From positions 1 to 60,828 of IMG/VR virus record IMGVR_UViG_3300035670_000220: a DNA stretch of 60,828 nucleotides; one strand, written 5' to 3'. Source of the stretch: a virus (taxonomy: Duplodnaviria > Caudoviricetes). Shown here piece after piece: positions 1-8,967 of the stretch (the first letter of the stretch is position 1; every line of letters begins with the position of its first letter). The translations under genes were made by a program, and so were the position numbers. The notes beneath the pieces are model-generated. The model was not told the DNA's origin. It saw only the letters and a list, made by a program, of their open reading frames with translations, and made no database searches.

Positions 1-2
1 CA

Positions 3-2282
3 AACGACGGTCTTCTAAAGAATCTAGGCAAAGCGGCAGGAAATCTTTACACGCTATTTCTCATTCTTCTTGACGCAGCCGAGCCAGTCATCAAACAGTT
101 TGGTGAGTGGGTCGAACGACTTACTGGAACTTGGGCCTCCGATGCCGAAAAGAACTTCGAAGGTCTTCGTTCAACATTTGAAAAGTCTGGAGAAGTGGCA
201 AGTCGAATCGGTGGACTCTTTAGGGACTACATCGAAGGATTTAAGAACATCGGAAAGGCTATTACAACTCCTGTTGAGGATGGTGTAAGTGCTTTCGAGC
301 TTCTACTTGGCTATTTCGAAAAGGGTGCTGAAAAGTTTAGAGAGTTTACTGAAGCTGGTCTCAAAGACGGAAGCCTTGCTCAGTACTTCTTTGATGCTAC
401 AGAAAATGCCACCAAAGTTCTAGACCTAATTGTAAACATTGTTGCCGAGATTCTCAAACTTGGTGACGACGAGGGTGTAGGTACCTTTGTTGGCAAACTT
501 AGCGAAGCAGTAGACATCTTTGGAGAGGTTGGTGCTGACCTAAACAACGCTGCTCCAGCTCTTGGAGACTTTGTTGTCAAGTTTGCAGAGCTCACCAGAA
601 ATCTCACTGGCTCTGGAGCAATCAATAACTTCTTCGCTGTTCTAAACACTGCACTAGATATTGTAAACAAGATTTTTGGCAACGAAACAGTCAAAAAAGT
701 GTTTGCCTTTACATCTGGCGTATTCGCTGTTGTTCGTGGTTTTGGTCTGCTTCTTTCTGTAGGTAAGTTCCTCGGTAAAGCTCTTATCGGTAACTTCCTA
801 AAATTAGGGTCAATCTTTAGCGGATTCTCTCGAAAAGACCCGTTCGGTATGTTGCGTAATAGCTCTGGTCTTACAAGAGCAGAGCTTAAAAAGCAAATGA
901 TTGTTGATAAGCAAAAAGAGTTTGCTATGAAGGGAATCTACCTTTCATCTCAACAAGCATCTCTAGGTCTTGGCAAAGTAACTAAAGCATCAAATATCAC
1001 TAAGGGCTCACTTGCAGCAGGCGCTACCACTGCTCAAGTTACAGCAACAAAGATGAGTCTTCTCGGTAAAGCCAAGACGACTCTCGGCAACGGCTTCAAG
1101 GCTGTTGGCACTGGTCTCAAGGGATTCGGAGCTGGCATCAAGGCTGCTCTTGGTCCTATCGGTCTTATCTTCCTCGCCATCGAGCTTCTTATCCCGCTTA
1201 TCGTCAAGCTCTGGCAAGAGAACGAAACATTCCGCAACGTCGTAATGAACGTGGTCAATGCTGTCAAGGGAGCATTTGAATCCATTATCAACGTCGTGAT
1301 GGTTGTCTGGGAAGCCATCAAGCCAATCTTCGAGACAATCGGTAACGCAGTAAAGACCTACATCATTGCTTATGTAGAAGCCCTAAAGATTGCTTGGGAT
1401 TTGATTATGACCGCTGTTCAAGCGGTTTGGGACTTCCTCAAGCCAATCTTTGAGCTCATTGGTAATGCTGTAAAAACTTACATAACTTTCTATGTCGATG
1501 CGCTAAAACTAGCTTGGGACCTTATTTCTACTGCCGTTCAAGCTGTCTGGGACTTCATCAGACCAATCTTTGAAAAGATTGGCGAAGGAATCAAGAACTC
1601 AATTACGAAGTTTGTTGACCTCCTAAAGACTGCTTGGGACGGAATTAAGACTGCTGTTTCGGCAGTGTGGGACTTTATTAAGCCAATTTTTGGGTTCATC
1701 GGTAATGGCATTAAGAATTCTATTACGTTCTATGTAAATGCATTGAAGACCGCATGGGACGCAATTAAGACTACGGTTAACACCGTATGGAACTTCGTCA
1801 AACCAATCTTTGAAAAAATTGGCGATGGTATTAGAGATGGCATTGGTGGTGCTGTAGATTTTGTTTCTGGTCTGTTTGACGGACTAAAGAGCACAGTTAA
1901 GACAATCTTTAATGCTATCGCTGGGTTCTGGAACAGTACTTTCGGAAAACTTAGCTTTAAAGTTCCAGGATGGGTTCCAGGAATTGGTGGCAATGGATTT
2001 GACGTTCCCGACATCCCAACCCTAGCAAAGGGTGGTGTGATTCCAGCAAGCCTTGGTGGAACACTCGCGCTTCTTGCTGAAGCAGGTCGTCCAGAGCGTG
2101 TTGAACCTCTTGACCCAGACGGCTTGTCCCGTCGTGACAAGGCCATGATTGACTACATGTCTGGTGGTATGAGGGGCGGAGTAACAGTGAATGTTTATCC
2201 ATCGCCTGGAATGGATGAACGAGAGCTAGCGCAGAAAGTTTCTAGAGAACTTGCTTACATGATGAAGAGGGGTGCTGCGTAA
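3..2282 (+). CDS. Tape measure protein, 5'-truncated by the window edge
   Basis: Frame is open from base 3. Long Ala/Gly/Leu-rich helical protein with Trp/Phe-periodic 40-aa repeats (WDFLKPIFELIGNAVKTYITFYVDALKLAW...) and a C-terminal LAKGG...AEAGRPERVEPL motif typical of TMP ends; lies just before a Dit-like gene. Confidence 0.9.
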   Translation, partial: NDGLLKNLGKAAGNLYTLFLILLDAAEPVIKQFGEWVERLTGTWASDAEKNFEGLRSTFEKSGEVASRIGGLFRDYIEGFKNIGKAITTPVEDGVSAFELLLGYFEKGAEKFREFTEAGLKDGSLAQYFFDATENATKVLDLIVNIVAEILKLGDDEGVGTFVGKLSEAVDIFGEVGADLNNAAPALGDFVVKFAELTRNLTGSGAINNFFAVLNTALDIVNKIFGNETVKKVFAFTSGVFAVVRGFGLLLSVGKFLGKALIGNFLKLGSIFSGFSRKDPFGMLRNSSGLTRAELKKQMIVDKQKEFAMKGIYLSSQQASLGLGKVTKASNITKGSLAAGATTAQVTATKMSLLGKAKTTLGNGFKAVGTGLKGFGAGIKAALGPIGLIFLAIELLIPLIVKLWQENETFRNVVMNVVNAVKGAFESIINVVMVVWEAIKPIFETIGNAVKTYIIAYVEALKIAWDLIMTAVQAVWDFLKPIFELIGNAVKTYITFYVDALKLAWDLISTAVQAVWDFIRPIFEKIGEGIKNSITKFVDLLKTAWDGIKTAVSAVWDFIKPIFGFIGNGIKNSITFYVNALKTAWDAIKTTVNTVWNFVKPIFEKIGDGIRDGIGGAVDFVSGLFDGLKSTVKTIFNAIAGFWNSTFGKLSFKVPGWVPGIGGNGFDVPDIPTLAKGGVIPASLGGTLALLAEAGRPERVEPLDPDGLSRRDKAMIDYMSGGMRGGVTVNVYPSPGMDERELAQKVSRELAYMMKRGAA

Positions 2283-4606
2283 TGGCTTTCTCGCAAGCAG
2301 AAGAAAATTACTATGTAGACCGTGGTTTAAGTTCCCTCGAACCAAATCAGATTACAAAGCTTAAGCTCCAAGCCAACATCATTCTTGGAGACTTCATTTT
2401 CAACACCATTGATGAGAACGGTGTTACTTGGGTAGTAACAGATATTGAAGGCTGGTGGAGACACCCAGAGCCTGAGGTTCCAGATATCCCTCGCGGGTGG
2501 GGAGATGGTTCCTACGACGTTAAGGGTCGATATATGGCCCGACTCTTCACTCTTCAAGGTGTATTCCTTACTCCAGACCCATCGCTGGTTGAAGCGGCAA
2601 GAAACAAACTTATTGCTGCATCAGACCTTGTTTATAAGGGTGTTTGGCTTAAGACTGGTAGTAACCCGATTCGTGCTTCTTTTGTTCGTCTTGCTGGTGC
2701 ACCAGAATTCAACACAATAAACGCTAGAGGCAGAACAGAGTTCACTATCCCTCTACGAGCAGCTGACCCAATCAAGTATGAATGGAACGACCAAGACCCA
2801 GAGGGTTACGAAAAGGTAGAGCTCCCAGCAAAGAACACACCTGCTGGATTCAGCGGTTCCGCTTCTGTTTTTAACAATGGAAATTACCCTGTTCCTTGCT
2901 ATCTAGAAGTTCTTGGAACCCTAGGCTCTCCAGCAACTATCTACAACAGAACAACAGACCAACTGATTATCATCACTCAGGGGCTTCGTGGTAGTAGCTC
3001 TGCTTCTATCGTAAATAAAAAGTTGTCCTTTGACACCGAATCTTTAAAGGACGTTGTAACCCTTACAAGCGTTACATCTCATGATTTTAGAGTAGGAAAC
3101 ATTATTGATGTGTCTGGGGCTGGTGAAGAGTTTGATGGTGAACATGTCATCACTTCTATTCCATCTGCAACCACGTTTACCTACGAAACACTCGTTGCTG
3201 AGATTAAGCCAGTAGCTTCTAAAAAACTAGAAAACAGCGTAGCAACGCTACAGACATCAGACGTACATGGGTTTAGTGCTGGGCAGGAAGTAACTATTAA
3301 AAGTGTTGATGGCGTATTCGATGGGGACTACACAATTCTCTCCACGCCCACATCAACTTCGTTTACATACTCAAAAACTCGTATCCCACCTGTATCTATT
3401 ATTTCAAAAGTACTTGTTTCTAACATTGCCACTCTAACTACTTCAAGCCCTCACCAATTTTTAGTTGGTGAAACCGTCACTATTTCAAACGTTGATGTCA
3501 ACTTCAACGGTTCATATGTAATCACTGCAATTCCAGACTCAAATCAATTCAGCTACGCGGCAACAAGAACTAATGCCCGTGCTGTAATTAACAAGCAGAT
3601 GTCTAATGATGTTGTTACGCTGACAACAACAGCGCCTCATGGGTTTGTTGTCGGGGAAATTGTCAACATCACTGCCGTTGACTTGTCTTTGAACGGTGGC
3701 TACCAAGTTAGTTCTACCCCAAGCCCAACAACATTCACTTATTTACGCCCTCGCGGGACACAAAAGACAGTAAGCGTTAAGGCTAGAACAGGAAACGTGG
3801 CAACTCTAACTACCACTTCCCCACACGGCTTTGTGGTAGGCGAAAAAGTCACAATCTCAAACGTTGATTCAAGCTTTAATGGCACCTTCACGATTACATC
3901 TCTACCGAGCAATAGCACTTTTACATACTCAAACGCTGGCTCCGACCTCGTTTCCACTGTAGTAAATAATGGAACAGTAAGCGCAAAGAGCAGAGTAGTT
4001 GGCTCTTACTCGATTACTGGAAACGTTGTTACTGTTACTACGCCTAATGCTCATGGAGTCATCTTTGGTGAGTCTGTAACTATTTCTGGCATCCCAGCAA
4101 TCAACGGGACATATGAAGTTATTGGAATCCCAACCACCAACACCTTCACGTTCTCGAAGACAGAATCCAATACCCCGTCTACAGATGTAACAAACGCTTT
4201 TGTAGAAATGTCTGGAACAATTGCTTCTTCTGCAGTAGTTCCCGATGGAACAGCAACTGTTGGTGGAAGTCTTCCTCTTGCCTCTTCTTCTGGAACAGCA
4301 AGTGTTTCAGACAGCATCGCTGAAACACCTGCTGGTGGTTACGCAATTAAGAAAAATGACGTACAGTTCACTCCAGGTTTAACTGGAGCTAATGCGTTCC
4401 TAAGCCCAGAAATTCTAGAGATTGACACAAAGAACCGAGAGGTCTTCTACAACGGAGAAATTGAAGGTGCTAGGGGTCGTATTGATGTGTTGGCTGACTT
4501 CATTCAGTTGGAGCCTGGCGAAAACATCATTGAGTTTGAAGACCAAGGTGTATCAGACGGACAAGCAAACCTAAGGATTTTGTACAGGTCTGGTTGGATT
4601 GGTTAA
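2282..4606 (+). CDS. Distal tail (Dit-like) minor tail protein with six inserted beta-repeat domains
   Basis: Follows the TMP. N-terminus (GVTWVVTDIEGWW...RAADPIKY...NNGNYPVP) and C-terminus (LEIDTKNREV...FIQLEPGENIIEF...YRSGW) resemble siphophage Dit; the middle has six HGF-x-VG...FNG-x-Y...FTY repeats. Confidence 0.75.
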   Translation: MAFSQAEENYYVDRGLSSLEPNQITKLKLQANIILGDFIFNTIDENGVTWVVTDIEGWWRHPEPEVPDIPRGWGDGSYDVKGRYMARLFTLQGVFLTPDPSLVEAARNKLIAASDLVYKGVWLKTGSNPIRASFVRLAGAPEFNTINARGRTEFTIPLRAADPIKYEWNDQDPEGYEKVELPAKNTPAGFSGSASVFNNGNYPVPCYLEVLGTLGSPATIYNRTTDQLIIITQGLRGSSSASIVNKKLSFDTESLKDVVTLTSVTSHDFRVGNIIDVSGAGEEFDGEHVITSIPSATTFTYETLVAEIKPVASKKLENSVATLQTSDVHGFSAGQEVTIKSVDGVFDGDYTILSTPTSTSFTYSKTRIPPVSIISKVLVSNIATLTTSSPHQFLVGETVTISNVDVNFNGSYVITAIPDSNQFSYAATRTNARAVINKQMSNDVVTLTTTAPHGFVVGEIVNITAVDLSLNGGYQVSSTPSPTTFTYLRPRGTQKTVSVKARTGNVATLTTTSPHGFVVGEKVTISNVDSSFNGTFTITSLPSNSTFTYSNAGSDLVSTVVNNGTVSAKSRVVGSYSITGNVVTVTTPNAHGVIFGESVTISGIPAINGTYEVIGIPTTNTFTFSKTESNTPSTDVTNAFVEMSGTIASSAVVPDGTATVGGSLPLASSSGTASVSDSIAETPAGGYAIKKNDVQFTPGLTGANAFLSPEILEIDTKNREVFYNGEIEGARGRIDVLADFIQLEPGENIIEFEDQGVSDGQANLRILYRSGWIG

Positions 4607-4630
4607 CGAAAAAGAGACAGGACGAGAAAG

Positions 4631-6628
4631 ATGCCAATAGAAGAGACAGTTGAGTACAGATACTTCCTAACGGACTTACTCAGCAACGACATTATTTCAG
4701 AAGTCCCCTTCAAAGGGGTGAGCTTCGAAAGAGCCAACCGCCGTGCTGGTGCTTTTTCTGGAGAGATTCCTTTTGTTGAGGCAACAAAAGGGCTAGACCT
4801 TTATGAAGCAACCATGCCTGGTCGTACTGGTGTTTACGTTATGCGTAACGGGGTGTGCGTGTGGGGCGGAATTATCTGGTCTCGCGAATACAGCGTGAAA
4901 GACCGAACTCTCTCCGTTGAAGGTGCAGAGTTTATGAGCTACTTCTACCACCGAACAATTTGGCAGACAATTCAGTATGGCTCTGATTTTATTGGTATTT
5001 ACGCATACAACACTACAAACGGCGTTGGAACAATAACTACAGAATTTCCCCACGGCTTTAGAGTTGGTCAGGTGGTTCGTGTTACATTCACAAACCCCAC
5101 TGTGGATGGAACCCACACAATCATTGGAATTCCTTCAGCAAACAGCTTTCAGTTCACAACAACATCTGCAAACTCAAACGGCCTCAGCACTTCTGGAGCT
5201 GTAAGAAGTTTGGTTGACACATACGACTTTGCTAGAGACCTTATCTTTAGGGCATCCACTGACCTAGCTGGTCTTAACTTTGCTAACGAAGTAATCAAAC
5301 CAGCAAAAGAGCTTCAAGTAGCTATTGTGTCTAAGCAGCGCTCTTCAAACATTGTGACTCTTACTACCTCAGAAGACCATGGAGTAATTCCAGGCCAAGA
5401 AATCGAAGTTGTTGAGGTTGACCCGAGACTTGACGGCTTTTATGAAGCAATCGAAGTACCAGACAAAAGAACTATTAGGTATGAACTAGCTGGTCCAGAC
5501 ATTGCAAGGTCATCTCTGGCTGGAATCAGAACAATTAACGTTTTGGGCAAACAACTTTTCAACAACGTAGCAACTTTAACTCTTGAAACAGCCCACGGAG
5601 CATCTGTCGGTCAAACCGTCATTGTTCAAGGGGTAGACGCATTCTTTACTGGTCGTTTGGATACAACTTTTAACGGACGATTCACTATTAGCGGTGTCCC
5701 TAGTGCAAACAGCTTTACTTTCTCTTCTGGTGGGATTCTCAATGTTGGACCAGAGGGAGTCGCTGGTGGAGTTGCCACTTTTGGGTCAAAAGTTGTTTAT
5801 GGAGATTACGGAAGCTACTCAGCAAACGGAGACATTGGAATAGCTTTTGAGAATCTAGAAAAAAGCGGGTTCTACCAAGACACCCAAGTCATTAGAGGTT
5901 TCGAGCAAAAAACCGTTGGTGAAATTCTTGAAGAGTATTCAAACACTGTAGATGGTGGCTTTGAGTACCGCATTGACTGCGACTACGACTATGACACGGC
6001 TTCATTTAGCAGAACATTCAAACTATTCCAGATAGAACTGGCTGAGCCACCCCCACCCGGCGAACTTTACCCAGTCTCTGCTTTGGGTGCTGACCAGTAC
6101 GTCTTTGAGTTTCCTGGCAACATTATTGACTTCACTGTTTCAGAAAATGCAGAAGACGCAGCAACACGGTTCTGGACAGTGGGAAGAATTGAAGACATGA
6201 CTGATGATGCAAGTCAGCCATATGCTGGAGCCGCTGAAAGAACTCAGCTAAACAACGAGAATGGTAGAAGCTGGCCTCTTCTTGACCAAGTAGAACAGCT
6301 AGACGGTATCGAAGACGAGTTGTCTCTCTATGACTACTCTAAAGACTTTCTTTACGAGTCAAGGCCACCAATCGGTGAGTTCAGCATTACTGTCAACGGC
6401 TCTATTGCTCCAGTTATAGGAAGCTATTTTCCAGGAGACTGGTGCTCTTTGATTCTCGATGATGACTTTGTTCGACAACGACTAGCTAACGACCAAGAAC
6501 CACGAGATGACGTTATTGTTAGAAAGATTTCATCATTTACGGTGAATGTTCCTGACTCACCGACTTACCCAGAGGAAGTGGAACTTATTCTTATTCCAGA
6601 TTGGAAGGTAGACCAACGTGGCGACTAG
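4631..6628 (+). CDS. Baseplate hub / Tal-like minor tail protein with three inserted beta-repeats
   Basis: Follows Dit. N-terminal YRYFLTDLLS...RNGVCVWGGIIW resembles actinophage minor tail proteins; carries three HG(F/V/A)...G...F repeats. Confidence 0.7.
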   Translation: MPIEETVEYRYFLTDLLSNDIISEVPFKGVSFERANRRAGAFSGEIPFVEATKGLDLYEATMPGRTGVYVMRNGVCVWGGIIWSREYSVKDRTLSVEGAEFMSYFYHRTIWQTIQYGSDFIGIYAYNTTNGVGTITTEFPHGFRVGQVVRVTFTNPTVDGTHTIIGIPSANSFQFTTTSANSNGLSTSGAVRSLVDTYDFARDLIFRASTDLAGLNFANEVIKPAKELQVAIVSKQRSSNIVTLTTSEDHGVIPGQEIEVVEVDPRLDGFYEAIEVPDKRTIRYELAGPDIARSSLAGIRTINVLGKQLFNNVATLTLETAHGASVGQTVIVQGVDAFFTGRLDTTFNGRFTISGVPSANSFTFSSGGILNVGPEGVAGGVATFGSKVVYGDYGSYSANGDIGIAFENLEKSGFYQDTQVIRGFEQKTVGEILEEYSNTVDGGFEYRIDCDYDYDTASFSRTFKLFQIELAEPPPPGELYPVSALGADQYVFEFPGNIIDFTVSENAEDAATRFWTVGRIEDMTDDASQPYAGAAERTQLNNENGRSWPLLDQVEQLDGIEDELSLYDYSKDFLYESRPPIGEFSITVNGSIAPVIGSYFPGDWCSLILDDDFVRQRLANDQEPRDDVIVRKISSFTVNVPDSPTYPEEVELILIPDWKVDQRGD

Positions 6629-8132
6629 ACGAATGGCAAGTAGACGGAATTTCACTGGCACCGTCTCACAACTTCAAAGAAGGCTTCGTTACCTTGAGGG
6701 AAGGCCCTCTCCATCAAAGCTGGGGAATTACTCCGTTCCAAGAACGGCTATTCAACCAAAAGCAATAGCCACAGACCAGATTGCCGCTGCGGCGGTCACG
6801 AACGACCAAGTTGCTGCTGACGCAATTGCTCTTGCCAACATGCAAGCAAACTCCGTTGGCTCTAGTCAGATTATTGCTGGTTCTGTCACAAACTCAGAGT
6901 TGGGGGATAACTCTGTAACAAGCGACAAAATTGCAGGAGGCTCTGTTGGAAGTTCTGAGCTAGCCGATTCTGCAGTAGGAACAAATCAAATTCAAGATAA
7001 CGCTGTGACAGAAGCAAAGCTTGCAACAGACTCCGTTACTGAAGACAAGATTGCTGCTGACTCAGTTGGGACATCAGAGCTTCAAGACCTTGCTGTTGAA
7101 GAAGCCAACATTGCCAGCAGCGCGGTGACAGAAGACAAAATTGCTAGCAGTGCTGTAACCACCAGCAAAATAGAAAACGAGGCGGTTACAAAAGACAAAA
7201 TTGATAACGGAGCTGTGACTAACGAAAAGCTTGCTTCAAACGCTGTCAGCACAGACAAAATTCAAAACGGAAACGTTACCGACGCAAAAATTGATAAGGT
7301 CAGCTCTTCAAAACTAGACGGTCTTGTTCAGGCTTCTCAAATTGCCAACCTTGGCGCTGGAAAGATTACTTCTGGAACTTTTGATGTAGCCAGAATTCCA
7401 GACCTGAGCGCAGACAAAATCACATCAGGTACTCTTGCTGCTGCTCGAATCCCTGGACTTGCAGCTTCAAAAATTACATCTGGAACTTTTGATGATGCTC
7501 GAATCCCTGGTCTTCCAGCATCAAAAATCACTTCTGGAACTTTTGGTACAGCCAGAATTGCTGATAGTGCAATTACTAGCGCAAAAATAGCTGACAGAAC
7601 AGTTACTGGTACAGATATTGCTAGTGACACCGTAACCTCAGGAAACACCACCAGCGAAAGATTTATTGTTGGAAGTGGTTTGCAGGCTATTGGTACTTAT
7701 CTTTTTGATGGCTATGGAAGAGGTGGAGGTCAGCTCTTTTATATCGCGGCAAATGTTGGAACAGACGGAAACAGCTTGGCAAAAGGAAACCACACTCACG
7801 GCGGTACCTCGTCTCTTAGATATAAAAAAGATATCTCCGACTATCAACTTGACGACCCCAAAAGAATCCTGCAGCTAAAACTAAAGAAATTCAAATACAA
7901 AGCAAAAAACAGAGACATGCAGGAAGAGTGGAACCGCGACTACCTTCACGGGTATATCGCTGAGGATGTGCAAGAATTAGGTGTAGAAGAGATTCTTACC
8001 TACAACCACCACGGGGAAGTAGAAACCGTCAGATACGACATGCTGGGGGTCCTACTACTGGAGCTCGTCAAGGAACAGCAATCTGAGATAGACTCTCTCA
8101 GAGAAGAAGTGAAGCAGATTAGAGGGATATAA
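6618..8132 (+). CDS. Tail fibre/spike with C-terminal intramolecular chaperone (peptidase S74-like)
   Basis: 10-aa repeats (AVTEDKIASS type), 17-aa repeats (ASKITSGTFDxARIPxL), then SSLRYKKDI...GYIAEDV...RYDMLGVLL and a terminal coiled coil. Confidence 0.8.
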   Translation: MATRRMASRRNFTGTVSQLQRRLRYLEGRPSPSKLGNYSVPRTAIQPKAIATDQIAAAAVTNDQVAADAIALANMQANSVGSSQIIAGSVTNSELGDNSVTSDKIAGGSVGSSELADSAVGTNQIQDNAVTEAKLATDSVTEDKIAADSVGTSELQDLAVEEANIASSAVTEDKIASSAVTTSKIENEAVTKDKIDNGAVTNEKLASNAVSTDKIQNGNVTDAKIDKVSSSKLDGLVQASQIANLGAGKITSGTFDVARIPDLSADKITSGTLAAARIPGLAASKITSGTFDDARIPGLPASKITSGTFGTARIADSAITSAKIADRTVTGTDIASDTVTSGNTTSERFIVGSGLQAIGTYLFDGYGRGGGQLFYIAANVGTDGNSLAKGNHTHGGTSSLRYKKDISDYQLDDPKRILQLKLKKFKYKAKNRDMQEEWNRDYLHGYIAEDVQELGVEEILTYNHHGEVETVRYDMLGVLLLELVKEQQSEIDSLREEVKQIRGI

Positions 8133-8473
8133 TGATAACTTTTGAAGCTTTATACGAAGCACCATCAACTAAGCCCACTCTTGCTAAGGTCATTTCTTTG
8201 GGTGGAGAAGAGTATAAACAGAGAATGATGTTTAGCTCGTATGACGAAGAGGAAATGGATACAATTCCGACCTCTGTCATACTCCAACATTTGGATAACT
8301 TAGTAAGTTACATGCAGAATGTATCTTTAGGACTTAGAGTAGTTGGATTGGCTGAGCCAAAACCAGAAGATGCAGAATACATCGTTGGAATCAACGATTT
8401 GTGGTGGGCCAAGGACGAGGCTAGGTCTTGGTGGGTATATGCTCGCAGCTCACGAGAGCCAGAGGATTTATAA
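8132..8473 (+). CDS. Hypothetical protein
   Basis: ATG overlaps the previous stop (TAATG); 113 aa; no motif recognised. Confidence 0.7.
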   Translation: MITFEALYEAPSTKPTLAKVISLGGEEYKQRMMFSSYDEEEMDTIPTSVILQHLDNLVSYMQNVSLGLRVVGLAEPKPEDAEYIVGINDLWWAKDEARSWWVYARSSREPEDL

Positions 8474-8474
8474 C

Positions 8475-8945
8475 ATGTACGAAGTAAAAGACGGTTCTCG
8501 AACCCTCCAATTCAATGGAAGAATCTTAGGTGAGTCTTCTTCTTGGCGTAGGGGCTCGACTCGGTGGATTGAGTTCCAGCTGTACAAAACTGAGAATGGT
8601 TCTTATGTTTTGTCTCGGGTTGGGGTTTCCTTGGTATTCCACGGAGCATCATGCCAACTCGTTAAGAGGTACAACTTGATTGAGGCACCATCTGCCTCTC
8701 TGAAGAAAGACGCTCTCCCATGCGAAGAGTGCTACCCAAGTCGGAATTTGCCAGTCGTGTTCCCCGAGAAGGACAGAACATGGGCTCAAGTTTCTGAAGA
8801 CCCAGAGCCAGTACTTGAGGCTCTATATAAGTATGACCAAGGTGGCGCACGGTATCTGACTAATGTTGCTCAGAGGCTCTTAGAGCAGGCATCTGCTCTT
8901 GACGAGCGTATCGACGCTATCTATAGAATAGAGATGATTCCGTAA
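8475..8945 (+). CDS. Hypothetical protein with possible metal-binding H/C residues
   Basis: Start re-placed at ATG 8475 (AGAGGA upstream, right after the previous stop); contains HxxxC and CxxC. Confidence 0.7.
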   Translation: MYEVKDGSRTLQFNGRILGESSSWRRGSTRWIEFQLYKTENGSYVLSRVGVSLVFHGASCQLVKRYNLIEAPSASLKKDALPCEECYPSRNLPVVFPEKDRTWAQVSEDPEPVLEALYKYDQGGARYLTNVAQRLLEQASALDERIDAIYRIEMIP

Positions 8946-8967
8946 CAACTACTCGTTAGAGGAAAGA

